Part shown: piece by piece, positions 8,146 to 17,356 of the stretch
How positions within the stretch are numbered: position 1 is the stretch's first letter
Layout: every line of letters begins with the position of its first letter
Assembly: GCA_030655055.1 (NCBI GenBank)
Contig: JAURWH010000011.1
Coordinates: 1-53,664 of the forward strand
Length of the DNA stretch: 53,664 nucleotides
DNA from: a bacterium
Lineage (GTDB): Bacteria; Edwardsbacteria; AC1; EtOH8
Reading direction: 5' to 3'
Notes under the pieces: generated by a model
Seen by the model: the letters and a program-made list of their open reading frames with translations, nothing else
What the model was told of the DNA's origin: nothing
Databases searched by the model: none
Made by a program: the position numbers and the translations under genes

Positions 8146-10347
8146 ATGGACGAGAACAAGGTCTTTGAATATACCAAATACACCCAGGACATCGAAAAGA
8201 TGAAGGCGGCCCACCAGGTGCTGGCCGAATATGCCTTCACCCCCAGCCTGCCCCAAAAGGGCTACAACAACCGCTCCCTGCATGTCGATCTGAGCACTTT
8301 CAAGATAACCGAGAAGAAGATCGACGAGGCCATGAAGCAGACCTTCACCGGGGGACGGGGCTTTGGCCTGAAATACCTGTGGGATGCCATCAAGCCCACC
8401 ACCAAGTGGAACGACCCGGAGAACGACATCATCATCTCCCCCGGCCCGATCTGCGGCATCACCCAGTACCCGGGGGCCGGCAAGTCGCTGGTGGTCACCC
8501 TGTCGCCCATCACCAACATCCCCATCGATTCCAACGTCGGCGCCTACCTGGGGCCGCTGCTGAAGTTCTCGGGTTTCGACGCCCTGGAGATCCAGGGCAA
8601 GGCCCAGGAGGACGTGATCGTGGTGCTGGACGGGGTCAAGGGCAGGGTCACCATCGAACTGGCGCCGCTGGAGTCGGTCAACTCGCACATCGCGGCCGAG
8701 CAGTTCACCCACGAATATGCCACGGATGAGGCCGACCTGCGCAATGTGTCGGTGGCCTCGGCCGGGCAGGCCGCCGAGCACTCGCTGATCGGCTGCCTCA
8801 ACTTCTGCTACTACGACGTGCGGCGCAAGGTGACCCGGCTGAAGCAGGCCGGGCGGGGCGGCATCGGCACGGTGTTCCGGGACAAGAAGATCAAGGCCCT
8901 GATCGTTCACGGGCCGCAGGTGAAAGGCGACATGAACCATCCGGCCGACCTGGGCCGGATCCAGCGGGCCGGGGTCCGCCTGCACAAGGAGATGCACGAC
9001 TTCGACGACAAGATGTGCGGGATGCGCAAGGTGGGCACCACCAACATCGTGGGCGTGATGAACTCCTACGACCTGCTGCCGGTGATGAACTTCCAGTACG
9101 GCAGCCACGTGGATGCCCCCAAGATAGACAAGACCACCTGGATCAAGCAGTTCACCCAGGGCATCCCGGATGGCTGCTGGTACGGCTGTTCCATGGCCTG
9201 CGCCCACGGGGTGGACGAGTTTGCCCTGCGCACCGGGCCCTACAAGGGCCACAAGGTGGTGGTGGACGGGCCGGAATACGAGACCGCGGCCGGCTGCGGC
9301 TCCAACTGCGGGATCTTCGACCCGTTATGGGTCATTGAATGCAACTTCTACTGCGACACCTATGGCATAGACACCATCAGCTTCGGCACCATCACTGGCT
9401 TTGTGATGGAATGCTGGCAGAGGGGCATCCTAAATGCCGAGCGCACCGGGGGACTGGACCTGTCCTGGGGCAACGGGGAATCCCAGATGGAGATGATGCA
9501 CCAGATGGCCCGGGGCGAGGGATTCGGCCTGATCGCCGGGCAGGGCGTCCAGCGGATGAAGCGGATCTTCGCCGACAAGGGCTGGGGGGACTTCGCCTTT
9601 CTTACGGACATCGGGCTGGAGGGCAAGGGGCTGGAGCAGTCGGAGTACATGTCAAAAGAGTCGCTGGCCCAGCAGGGCGGCTACTACCTCACCAACAAGG
9701 GCCCCCAGCACGACGAGGCTTGGGTGATCTTCATGGACATGGTCAACAACCAGATCCCCACCTTTGAGGACAAGGCCGAGGCCCTGTATTATTTTCCGAT
9801 GTTCCGCACCTGGTTCGGGCTGAACGGCCTGTGCAAACTGCCCTGGAACGACATCGAGCCCGGGGACAACCGCACCAAGAACGCCCCCATGGACGCGGCC
9901 AAGGTGCCGGAGCACGTCCAGAACTACGTCGACCTTTTCTCCGGGGTCACCGGCCGGGAGATCACCAAGGAGGAGATCATCAAAATGTCGGAGCGGGTCT
10001 ACCAGTTCCAGCGGGTCTTCGACCTGAGAATGGGCAAGGGGGTCAGGAAATACGACCAGCCGCCCTACCGGGCCATGGGGCCGGTCACCAAAGAGGAATA
10101 CGATTCCCGCCAGGAGCGCTATGACAAGCAGCTGAAGGACTGGATGCAGATAGACCCGGCTGGAAAATCCACCGAGGAGAAAATGGCCCTGCACCGCAAG
10201 TACCGGGAGGACCGCTATCAGAAACTGGTGGAGGCGGTCTACAAGCGCCGGGGCTGGACCGCCGACGGCGTCCCCACTCTGGAGACCCTGAAGCGCAATG
10301 GGATAGATTTTCCCGAGGTGGTGGAAGTGGTGGCCAAGCACCAGTAG
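8146..10347 (+). CDS. aor: Aldehyde:ferredoxin oxidoreductase family (tungsten/molybdopterin) enzyme
   Basis: AOR-type blocks are present: GGRGFG, AGRGGIGTVFRDKKIKALIV, DGPEYETAAGCGSNCGI, CDTYGIDTIS. At 733 aa it is at the long end of the family. Confidence 0.9.
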   Translation: MDENKVFEYTKYTQDIEKMKAAHQVLAEYAFTPSLPQKGYNNRSLHVDLSTFKITEKKIDEAMKQTFTGGRGFGLKYLWDAIKPTTKWNDPENDIIISPGPICGITQYPGAGKSLVVTLSPITNIPIDSNVGAYLGPLLKFSGFDALEIQGKAQEDVIVVLDGVKGRVTIELAPLESVNSHIAAEQFTHEYATDEADLRNVSVASAGQAAEHSLIGCLNFCYYDVRRKVTRLKQAGRGGIGTVFRDKKIKALIVHGPQVKGDMNHPADLGRIQRAGVRLHKEMHDFDDKMCGMRKVGTTNIVGVMNSYDLLPVMNFQYGSHVDAPKIDKTTWIKQFTQGIPDGCWYGCSMACAHGVDEFALRTGPYKGHKVVVDGPEYETAAGCGSNCGIFDPLWVIECNFYCDTYGIDTISFGTITGFVMECWQRGILNAERTGGLDLSWGNGESQMEMMHQMARGEGFGLIAGQGVQRMKRIFADKGWGDFAFLTDIGLEGKGLEQSEYMSKESLAQQGGYYLTNKGPQHDEAWVIFMDMVNNQIPTFEDKAEALYYFPMFRTWFGLNGLCKLPWNDIEPGDNRTKNAPMDAAKVPEHVQNYVDLFSGVTGREITKEEIIKMSERVYQFQRVFDLRMGKGVRKYDQPPYRAMGPVTKEEYDSRQERYDKQLKDWMQIDPAGKSTEEKMALHRKYREDRYQKLVEAVYKRRGWTADGVPTLETLKRNGIDFPEVVEVVAKHQ

Positions 10348-10365
10348 GCGCTAAAACGATGGAGA

Positions 10366-10405
10366 AGCCCGGCACTCAGGCAAGCAATGACTGAGATGCC
10401 GGGCT
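10366..10405 (+). terminator. Stem-loop downstream of AOR (no clear U-tract)
   Basis: AGCCCGGCACTCAGG ... CTGAGATGCCGGGCT forms an imperfect ~14-bp stem, followed by TTGAAG. Confidence 0.35.
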
Positions 10406-10432
10406 TTGAAGTCGGGCAATGGAACAGACAAG

Positions 10433-10598
10433 CCCTAAAAACTAAAAACCTAATATCTAAATCACCGCCGTTGGCGGGATCCCGCTTCTGCGGGACAATT
10501 TCGAATCCCCAATTCTCAAAACTGTTTTGAGTTTGAAACTTCGATATTATAATTTGTTTAGTGTTTCGAAATTAGTAATTAGAAATTGGTCCAAAGTT
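10433..10598. repeat. AT-rich palindromic repeat module in the dtd leader
   Basis: It contains the core CTCAAAACTGTTTTGAG (10515-10531), TTCGATATT and GTTTAGTGTTTCGA. These blocks are shared with 24885-25035 and partly with 27820-27889. Confidence 0.6.
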
Positions 10599-11051
10599 AT
10601 GCGGTTAGTGATCCAACGTGTTTCATCCGCCAGCGTCACAGTTGACGGCGCCGTGATCGGGAAGATCGGCCCGGGCCTGTGCCTGCTCTGCGGGTTCACC
10701 CACGGGGACACTGAATCGACTGCGGAGCAGATGGCCGCTAAGTGCCTCAATCTCCGCATTTTCGAGGACCAGGACGGCAAGATGAACCTATCTCTTTCGG
10801 AGGTCAAGGGCTCGGTGCTGGCCGTCTCCCAGTTCACCCTGTACGCCGACTGTAAAAAGGGGCGGAGGCCGTCTTTCACCGACTCGGCCGAGCCGGTAAC
10901 CGCCGAAAAGCTCTATGAAATGTTCGTAAAAATACTCAAAAGTACTGGTGCTGAGGTCAAAACCGGAAGCTTTGGGGATAAGATGCTGGTGGATATTCAG
11001 AACGACGGGCCGGTGACCATTGTGTTGGACTCAGCCGCCCTGGGATTGTAA
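10599..11051 (+). CDS. dtd: D-aminoacyl-tRNA deacylase
   Basis: MRLVIQRVSSASVTV...GPGLCLLCGF...SQFTLYADCKKGRRPSF...GPVTIVLD. I took the ATG at 10599; the ORF-track extension from 10527 runs through an AT-rich repeat element. Confidence 0.9.
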   Translation: MRLVIQRVSSASVTVDGAVIGKIGPGLCLLCGFTHGDTESTAEQMAAKCLNLRIFEDQDGKMNLSLSEVKGSVLAVSQFTLYADCKKGRRPSFTDSAEPVTAEKLYEMFVKILKSTGAEVKTGSFGDKMLVDIQNDGPVTIVLDSAALGL

Positions 11052-11065
11052 GGTTCCCTTTACAG

Positions 11066-11095
11066 TTGACTTACGGGTCATAAATAGGGTATAAT
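11066..11095 (+). promoter_or_regulatory. Sigma70-like promoter for rpsO (TTGACT-N18-TATAAT)
   Basis: -35 TTGACT at 11066-11071 and -10 TATAAT at 11090-11095, about 90 nt upstream of the rpsO ATG. Confidence 0.5.
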
Positions 11096-11183
11096 TACAG
11101 GTCATTTAACTTTGCCCTGCCTGCCCCTCTTCGCAGGTTGCGGCGTATCAAAAACAACCCATATTTTAGGAGACGGAAAGACC

Positions 11184-11453
11184 ATGCCTTTGCAAAAGGA
11201 AAAGAAGCAGGAAGTGATCACAGTCCACAAGAAGCACGAGAGCGACACCGGATCACCCGAGGTCCAGATCGCCCTGCTGACCGAGCGAATCAACCAGCTG
11301 ACCGGGCACCTCAAGGCCAACAAGAAGGACCACGCCACAAGGCGCGGACTTCTGATGATGGTGGGCCGCCGCCGCAGGCTGCTGGATTATCTCATCAAGC
11401 GCCATGCCGCCAGGTACCGGGCCATCGTGGAAAAATTAGACTTAAGGAAGTAA
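11184..11453 (+). CDS. rpsO: 30S ribosomal protein S15
   Basis: 89 aa with [62 protein letters not shown]. The ORF-track start at 11112 is rejected. Confidence 0.95.
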   Translation: MPLQKEKKQEVITVHKKHESDTGSPEVQIALLTERINQLTGHLKANKKDHATRRGLLMMVGRRRRLLDYLIKRHAARYRAIVEKLDLRK

Positions 11454-11460
11454 AAATCTG

Positions 11461-11488
11461 GGGGCGATTTTACGGTTAAAATCGCCCC
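11461..11488 (+). terminator. rpsO terminator/attenuator hairpin at the start of the pnp leader
   Basis: GGGGCGATTTTA-CGGT-TAAAATCGCCCC forms a 12-bp perfect stem, followed by TT. Two more stem-loops follow before the pnp RBS. Confidence 0.55.
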
Positions 11489-11579
11489 TTGTCATTAACC
11501 TAACCGGAACAATTCCTCCCGGATAAAAAAGCCGGGAGAAGCCCAGACTCAAGGAGCCTGGGACAAAAAAGGAGGTTTT

Positions 11580-13658
11580 ATGGTTCATACCAAGGAACTG
11601 GAGATCGGCGGCCGCAAGCTCATCATCGAGACCGGCAGGATCGCCAAACAGGCCCACGGCTCGGTGACGGTGCGCTACGGAGGGACCGTGGTGCTGGTGA
11701 CCGCAGTGGGATCCGACTCGCCCCGGGAGGGAATTGACTTCTTCCCCTTGTCGGTGGAATACCGGGAACAGGCCTACGCCGCCGGGCGGATACCGGGCGG
11801 GTTCTTCAAGCGCGAGGGCAAGCCCCGGGACAAGGAGATCCTTTCGGCCCGGCTGATCGACCGGCCCATCAGGCCGTTGTTCCCCGAAGGCTACCGGAAT
11901 GAAGTGCAGATAGTCTGCCTGATCATCTCGGCCGACCGGGAGAACGATGCCGACGTTTTGGGCCTGACCGGAGCCTCGGCCGCCCTGTCGCTGTCCGACA
12001 TTCCCTTTAACGGGCCGATAGCCGCGGTGCGGGTGGGCAAGGTGGACAATCAGTATGTCATCAACCCCACCTTCCAGCAGCTGGAACAGAGCCGGCTGGA
12101 CATTGTGATCTCCGGCAGCAAGGATTCCATCACCATGGTGGAAGCCGGGGCCCGCGAGGTTTCGGAAGCCGAGATCATCGAGGCCATAGAGTTCGGGCAT
12201 AATTACATCAAGCAGATCATCGCCCTCCAGGAGGAACTGGTGGGACTGTGCGGAAAACCCAAACGCAAGCTGGAGATCGCCCCGGTCAACCAGGCCCTGC
12301 TGGAAAAGGTCAAGGCCTTGACCACAGAAAAGATCCAGGCAGCCAATGTCATTGCCCTCAAGGAAGAGCGGCAGGACGCCGTCAAGAAGATCTGCCAGGA
12401 CGCCGCCGAGGCCCTGTTGACCGAATTCCCGGAAACGGGAAAGCAGATCAACGCCATGGTGGAGGAGATCCAGAGCCACGACCTGCGGGAGCGGATATTG
12501 AGCAAGGGCCAGCGGGCCGACGGACGGAGCCTGACCCAGATCCGGCCCATCACCGGGGAGGTCGGGTTTCTGCCCCGGACCCACGGTTCGGCCATCTTCA
12601 CCCGGGGCGAGACCCAGAGCCTGGTGGTGACCACCCTGGGCACCGCCTCTGACGAACAGCGGATAGAGGACCTGGAGGGGGAATACTCCAAGAGCTACAT
12701 GCTGCATTATAACTTCCCGCCCTTCTCAGTGGGCGAGGTCAAGCCCATCAGGGGTCCGGGCCGGCGGGAGATCGGGCACGGAGCCCTGGCCGAGCGGGCG
12801 GTGGCCCCGGTGATCCCATCGGAAGACCTTTTCCCCTATACGGTGCGGGTGGTCTCCGAGATCCTGGAATCAAACGGGTCATCTTCCATGGCCTCGGTCT
12901 GCGGAGCCTCGCTCTCGCTGATGGACGCCGGGGTGCCCATCAAGGCGCCGGTGGCCGGCATCGCCATGGGCCTGGTGATGGAGCAGGGCCGGGTGGCCAT
13001 CCTCTCCGACATCATGGGGCTGGAGGATCACCTGGGAGACATGGACTTTAAGGTAGCCGGCACCAAGGACGGCATCACCGCCCTGCAGCTGGATATCAAG
13101 GTGCAGGGATTGAACAAGGACATCCTGGAAAAGGCCCTGACCCAGGCCCACCAGGGGCGGATGCACATCCTGGGCGAGATGGAGAAGGTCATCTCCGTTC
13201 CCAAGGCCGAGATCTCGGTCTATGCGCCCAGGATCCTGGCGTTGAACGTCCCGGTGGAAAAGATCGGAATGATAATCGGGCCCGGCGGCAAGATGATCCG
13301 GGCTTTGCAGGAGGAATTCTCGGTCAAGATCGACATCAGCGACGAAGGCAAGGTCACCATCGCTTCAGTCGATGTGGGCGGAGCCCAGGCCTGCTTCGAG
13401 AAGATCAAGGCCATGACGGTGGAAGCCGAGATGGGCCGGATCTACCAGGGGCGGGTGGTGAAGATCATGAACTTCGGGGCCTTTGTGGAATTCATGCCGG
13501 GCACCGAGGGGCTGGTCCACATCTCCGAGCTGGACAAGACCCGGGTCAACAAGGTGGAGGACATCGTCAAAGAAGGGGACTCCATCACGGTCAAGCTGAT
13601 CAAGGTGGATCCCGACACCGGAAAGTACAGCCTGTCACGCAAGCAGGCCATGGCCTAG
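11580..13658 (+). CDS. pnp: Polyribonucleotide nucleotidyltransferase (PNPase)
   Basis: 692 aa with two RNase PH-like halves, a KH domain (IGMIIGPGGKMIR) and an S1 domain (GRVVKIMNFGAFVEF). The rpsO-pnp synteny is canonical. Confidence 0.97.
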   Translation: MVHTKELEIGGRKLIIETGRIAKQAHGSVTVRYGGTVVLVTAVGSDSPREGIDFFPLSVEYREQAYAAGRIPGGFFKREGKPRDKEILSARLIDRPIRPLFPEGYRNEVQIVCLIISADRENDADVLGLTGASAALSLSDIPFNGPIAAVRVGKVDNQYVINPTFQQLEQSRLDIVISGSKDSITMVEAGAREVSEAEIIEAIEFGHNYIKQIIALQEELVGLCGKPKRKLEIAPVNQALLEKVKALTTEKIQAANVIALKEERQDAVKKICQDAAEALLTEFPETGKQINAMVEEIQSHDLRERILSKGQRADGRSLTQIRPITGEVGFLPRTHGSAIFTRGETQSLVVTTLGTASDEQRIEDLEGEYSKSYMLHYNFPPFSVGEVKPIRGPGRREIGHGALAERAVAPVIPSEDLFPYTVRVVSEILESNGSSSMASVCGASLSLMDAGVPIKAPVAGIAMGLVMEQGRVAILSDIMGLEDHLGDMDFKVAGTKDGITALQLDIKVQGLNKDILEKALTQAHQGRMHILGEMEKVISVPKAEISVYAPRILALNVPVEKIGMIIGPGGKMIRALQEEFSVKIDISDEGKVTIASVDVGGAQACFEKIKAMTVEAEMGRIYQGRVVKIMNFGAFVEFMPGTEGLVHISELDKTRVNKVEDIVKEGDSITVKLIKVDPDTGKYSLSRKQAMA

Positions 13659-13689
13659 TTATTTGTTTTTGATACTGTCAGGTCATAAG

Positions 13690-13721
13690 AAAAGCGCCCC
13701 GCAATTAGCGGGGCGCTTTTT
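13690..13721. terminator. Bidirectional rho-independent terminator between convergent pnp and the Kelch-repeat gene
   Basis: AAAA-GCGCCCCGC-AATTA-GCGGGGCGC-TTTTT. Confidence 0.85.
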
Positions 13722-13741
13722 CGTTTGGATCCGTGCCGGTT

Positions 13742-16700
13742 TTATTTGATCAGGTTCATGGTCCGGGCGGCCGAGGTTCCGTTGGCGGTCAGGCGGTAGA
13801 AGTAAACGCCGGTGGCGGCCTGCCGTCCGGATTCATCCCGCCCGTTCCAGGAAACGGTGTAGCGGCCTGCCATCTGGGGATGGTTCACTATGGTCTTCAC
13901 CAGTTGCCCGGCCACGTTGTATATCGCCAGTTTCACCGGTCCATCCGCCGCCAGCTGATAACTGATGGAAGTATTGTCCCTTAAGGGATTGGGCCGGTTC
14001 TGTGCCAGCAATGTTACAGCCGGCAGAGCAAAGGAGGTCCCCAGAACTGCTTTGGCGTAATCGACCTTTCCGGCTATTATCTTGAATTCCCTGACCGTCT
14101 CGCCGGGTTCCGGAGCAAAGCTGTAAGTGTTGTTGTCTTTGATGTTCACCGAAACCTGGCGGCTGAGATCGGCCAGGTAACATTCGGTCCCGGCCGGGAA
14201 TTCCACCGGCAGGGTGAGGGTCAATTTGGTCTGGCCCTGGCAGTCCACCGCAAAATCCCAGGTCTGGCCGTCGCCCAGTTCCGGGCGCAGATCCACGGCG
14301 CACTCGCCGTCTTCCAGTTTAAAATACCCGGCGGTTCCGGCAATGCCCTTGGGCGGTTCGGAGTAATCGTAAGCATCCTTGCCCAGGGTCATTCCGGCGC
14401 CGATGCCGAAAAAGTTCTGGCCGTCGCTTCCGTCATTGGTGCTGACTGCCACCTGGCCCCGCCATCCCTGGGGCCACTGCAGCGCCGGGGTTTCGTTCTT
14501 ATATCCCGGCGCCCGGCGGTGCATGATCCAAAGGCTGGACGCATTGCCTACAGGCGTTTTGTAGCTGTAGCCCCTGAAAGGCATCATGGGCTGGGTGCTG
14601 ACCGTGACCGGCAGTTGCCAGTCAGAGCCGTCAAAAGCATAGGGGCCTTGAATTCCCAAGCTTGGATTATATACAACGGAATCCCACGGCACCGGGAACA
14701 TAAAGGGGTTGGCAATATCCGTCCAGCCCTCGGGCAAGCCGGTCAAAGCGCCGGGATAATTGTCATCGCCCGAGGTCCAGGTCTCCAGCCCGCCGTTGGC
14801 GGTGGCTTCCAGATCAATGGTAACCACACCCCCCATCCGGTGGCGCAGCCAGAAGGCCCGCAAATTGTCGACATAACAGGTATTGGGGCCGCCATGCTCG
14901 AGATACTTGGAGCTGTATGAATCCCAGGTAAAAAGCCTCCATTTGGCGGGGTCGTAGCTTCCCAGATCGTCTGACAGTTCGTTATAAATGGAGATGTTCT
15001 TCATATTGCCCGGGAAAGAGTACATCCGCCACTGGTCATTGGGAACTGCTATGGTAAAAATGTTTTTGGCTTCGGTTGAGTTGATGGAGACCGGGTGGTG
15101 GTGATAAAAACCGGCGGCCATAGACTGGGTGGAGTCGGGATAAATGGTCACCGCCCCTTCATCGCTCCGGGCAGCGATCCGGTATTGCAGTCCGTCAGCC
15201 CGCGGGAAGCTTTGGCCACCTAAAGAGGAGCCAGCATTGGCACCCCATAAGCTATCTGAGTAGTTGGATAAGTTAAGCGAATCGATCAGGGTATGGGTCC
15301 CGGGAACGTAAAACCTGATGGAAACTCCGGCTATCCCCCAATTTCCGCTTACTGCACCAGGCTTAACAGCTGAAACCTGAGCGCTAAATCCCTGGGCGTA
15401 GGCGGCGGTAGCCGAAGTGCATGGTTGGACATGCAGGCGGGGGGGCAGGCTGGCGGCCGCGGTGGTAAAATTCCACCCGTAGCTGGATACCAGGTTGTTG
15501 CCGGCCAAGTCGGTGGCAGCAGTGACCATGAACTGTGTATTTTGTCCAGCTACAAATGGAGCATGAGTGAGGGTCACGGTATCGCTGGCCAAGTTCCAGG
15601 ATTCTATCCAGTTTCCGGGATCCGGGGAGCAGGTGAAGGAAAAGCCTGTGCCGCTGGTGTGATTTATTCCCTCGGAGAATCCGATGACAACAGGGCTGGA
15701 AACAGGAATATTGCCTGCGCTTCCTGCCGGGTCGGTATAGGTTACGTAGGGAGCGGTCATGTCAACGGTGAACGTGGGAACTTCGCTCCAGCCCGACCAG
15801 TTGCCAACCGAGTCCCTGGCCCTCACCCGCCAGTAATACAAGTCGTCGCCCCCGCCATATGAGGTCAGGTTGATGGATATCCCAGTTGATGAGATGGTGG
15901 AATCGTTGATCAACGGAGTGATGAATAATCCGTCAAAGTTGTCTATTTGCAGATTATAAACCACGGCGCTGTCCACGGGGAACCAGGAGAAATTAACGTT
16001 GGAACTGTTCAGGATGGAACCGTCTGCCGGGGTTGAAAGTATTGGAGTGCTTGGTCCCGTCAGGTCCAAGGTCAGTTTTCGCACCGGTGACCAGCCGGAG
16101 CTGTCGGGCAGGGACCAGTTGTAGGCCTTAACCCGCCAGAAATAAGATCCTCCCGAGCTGATATATATTGAGGGATAAAGCTTGCTGGTGTCCGAGGTGG
16201 AGCCCTGAGCGACGTCAATGGTGACGAAAGTGGGATCTGAAGATATCTCGTACCTATATTGGGTGCAACCCGGCACCGACCCCCAGTAGAACTCGGGGTA
16301 GTTGTTGTTTGTCAGGGCGTTGTTCAGCGGCTGGATCAGCGGCGGCGGGCTGGGGGCCAGGGGCCGGTACTGCCAGACGCTGTCGCTCTGCATGGAAGTG
16401 GTCTTATTGTATCCGCCAAAGACGTAGATGGCGTTGTTCAATCCCGCGGCTCCGGCCCGGCACAGCGGCTCGGGTATGGAGTCCCCCAGGGTCCAGGTGT
16501 CGGTCTGGGGGTCGTAGATGTCGACCCGGCGGGTGACGGTGCCGATGAGGTCAACGATGCCGCCGATCACATAGATCTTTCCTCCCAGCAACGCCCCGGC
16601 TGCCTGCCAGCGGCCGGAGCCGGGCATGTTGGTCTTGTATGTCCATGAGCCCTGTGGCCCGGTGGTATCATATACCAGCACGGTGTTGGTAAGGACCCCG

Positions 16701-17344
16701 CTAAAACTCTTCCCTCCGATCACGAAGATGTGCGGTTTGCCGTCCTGACCCAGGGCCCCGGCCACCACTGCGTTGGCCCGGGCGGCGGGCATATCCTTGC
16801 TCCAGGTCTTGGTCATTGACTGGGGGTCCAGTCTTTCCATCAGGCTGTCGGCCGGACCGGTGGTCATGCCGCCAACGGCATACATATATACCCCGGAATA
16901 GACGTTGGGAAGCCAGACAAAACCGTGATTGGCCATGTAGCCGGTGGTGGCCAGGCCGGATACTTCATGCCAGTACCCGGTATCCCGCATGGTGTAGGTG
17001 GTGGTGCTGTAGCTGCCGGCCGACTGGCTGTATCCCCCGTTAAGAAAGACCAAGGTATCACTAATACTGAGCGCCCTGGCTCCGATCAGGGTCTTGGGGA
17101 TCGGCGCCTTATTATACCAGTAATTTGAGGCCGGATTATAATAGGTGACATCATACAATGAGCTGCCGCCCCGCTGCCCTCCAATGGTCATGATACAGGT
17201 GCTGCCAAGCGAATCCTTGAAGGTGGTCACCGCCATGTCGTCGGCCGCTCCCTGGAGCATGTGGCTACTCATCTGCCATACCCCGGCCAGGGCCATCGAG
17301 GATAAAGCAACAGTCAATATAAGAGCAAAAAATATTTTTTTCAT
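13742..17344 (-). CDS. Large secreted Kelch-repeat / Ig-like multidomain protein with a FlgD-Ig (T9SS-type) C-terminal domain
   Basis: 1200 aa with signal peptide MKKIFFALILTVALSSMALAG. The N-terminal ~300 aa carry Kelch-like repeats (YVIGG, YVFGG, VIGGK). The middle has FN3/Ig-like repeat patterns. The C-terminus is NRPNPLRDNTSISYQL...YNVAGQLVKT...WNGRDESGRQAATGVYFYRL. Confidence 0.8.
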   Translation of the reverse strand: MKKIFFALILTVALSSMALAGVWQMSSHMLQGAADDMAVTTFKDSLGSTCIMTIGGQRGGSSLYDVTYYNPASNYWYNKAPIPKTLIGARALSISDTLVFLNGGYSQSAGSYSTTTYTMRDTGYWHEVSGLATTGYMANHGFVWLPNVYSGVYMYAVGGMTTGPADSLMERLDPQSMTKTWSKDMPAARANAVVAGALGQDGKPHIFVIGGKSFSGVLTNTVLVYDTTGPQGSWTYKTNMPGSGRWQAAGALLGGKIYVIGGIVDLIGTVTRRVDIYDPQTDTWTLGDSIPEPLCRAGAAGLNNAIYVFGGYNKTTSMQSDSVWQYRPLAPSPPPLIQPLNNALTNNNYPEFYWGSVPGCTQYRYEISSDPTFVTIDVAQGSTSDTSKLYPSIYISSGGSYFWRVKAYNWSLPDSSGWSPVRKLTLDLTGPSTPILSTPADGSILNSSNVNFSWFPVDSAVVYNLQIDNFDGLFITPLINDSTISSTGISINLTSYGGGDDLYYWRVRARDSVGNWSGWSEVPTFTVDMTAPYVTYTDPAGSAGNIPVSSPVVIGFSEGINHTSGTGFSFTCSPDPGNWIESWNLASDTVTLTHAPFVAGQNTQFMVTAATDLAGNNLVSSYGWNFTTAAASLPPRLHVQPCTSATAAYAQGFSAQVSAVKPGAVSGNWGIAGVSIRFYVPGTHTLIDSLNLSNYSDSLWGANAGSSLGGQSFPRADGLQYRIAARSDEGAVTIYPDSTQSMAAGFYHHHPVSINSTEAKNIFTIAVPNDQWRMYSFPGNMKNISIYNELSDDLGSYDPAKWRLFTWDSYSSKYLEHGGPNTCYVDNLRAFWLRHRMGGVVTIDLEATANGGLETWTSGDDNYPGALTGLPEGWTDIANPFMFPVPWDSVVYNPSLGIQGPYAFDGSDWQLPVTVSTQPMMPFRGYSYKTPVGNASSLWIMHRRAPGYKNETPALQWPQGWRGQVAVSTNDGSDGQNFFGIGAGMTLGKDAYDYSEPPKGIAGTAGYFKLEDGECAVDLRPELGDGQTWDFAVDCQGQTKLTLTLPVEFPAGTECYLADLSRQVSVNIKDNNTYSFAPEPGETVREFKIIAGKVDYAKAVLGTSFALPAVTLLAQNRPNPLRDNTSISYQLAADGPVKLAIYNVAGQLVKTIVNHPQMAGRYTVSWNGRDESGRQAATGVYFYRLTANGTSAARTMNLIK

Positions 17345-17356
17345 TGTCTTTTCTCC

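Noticed and set aside
8098-9252. 384-aa minus-strand ORF inside the AOR gene
   Set aside because: It is entirely antisense to a well-supported AOR CDS. Its composition (G/H/V/D/L/P/A-rich, no motifs) is typical of shadow ORFs in GC-rich coding DNA.
11442-12707. 421-aa minus-strand ORF opposite pnp
   Set aside because: It is antisense to PNPase, which is unambiguous. It has no recognisable motifs and is a shadow ORF.
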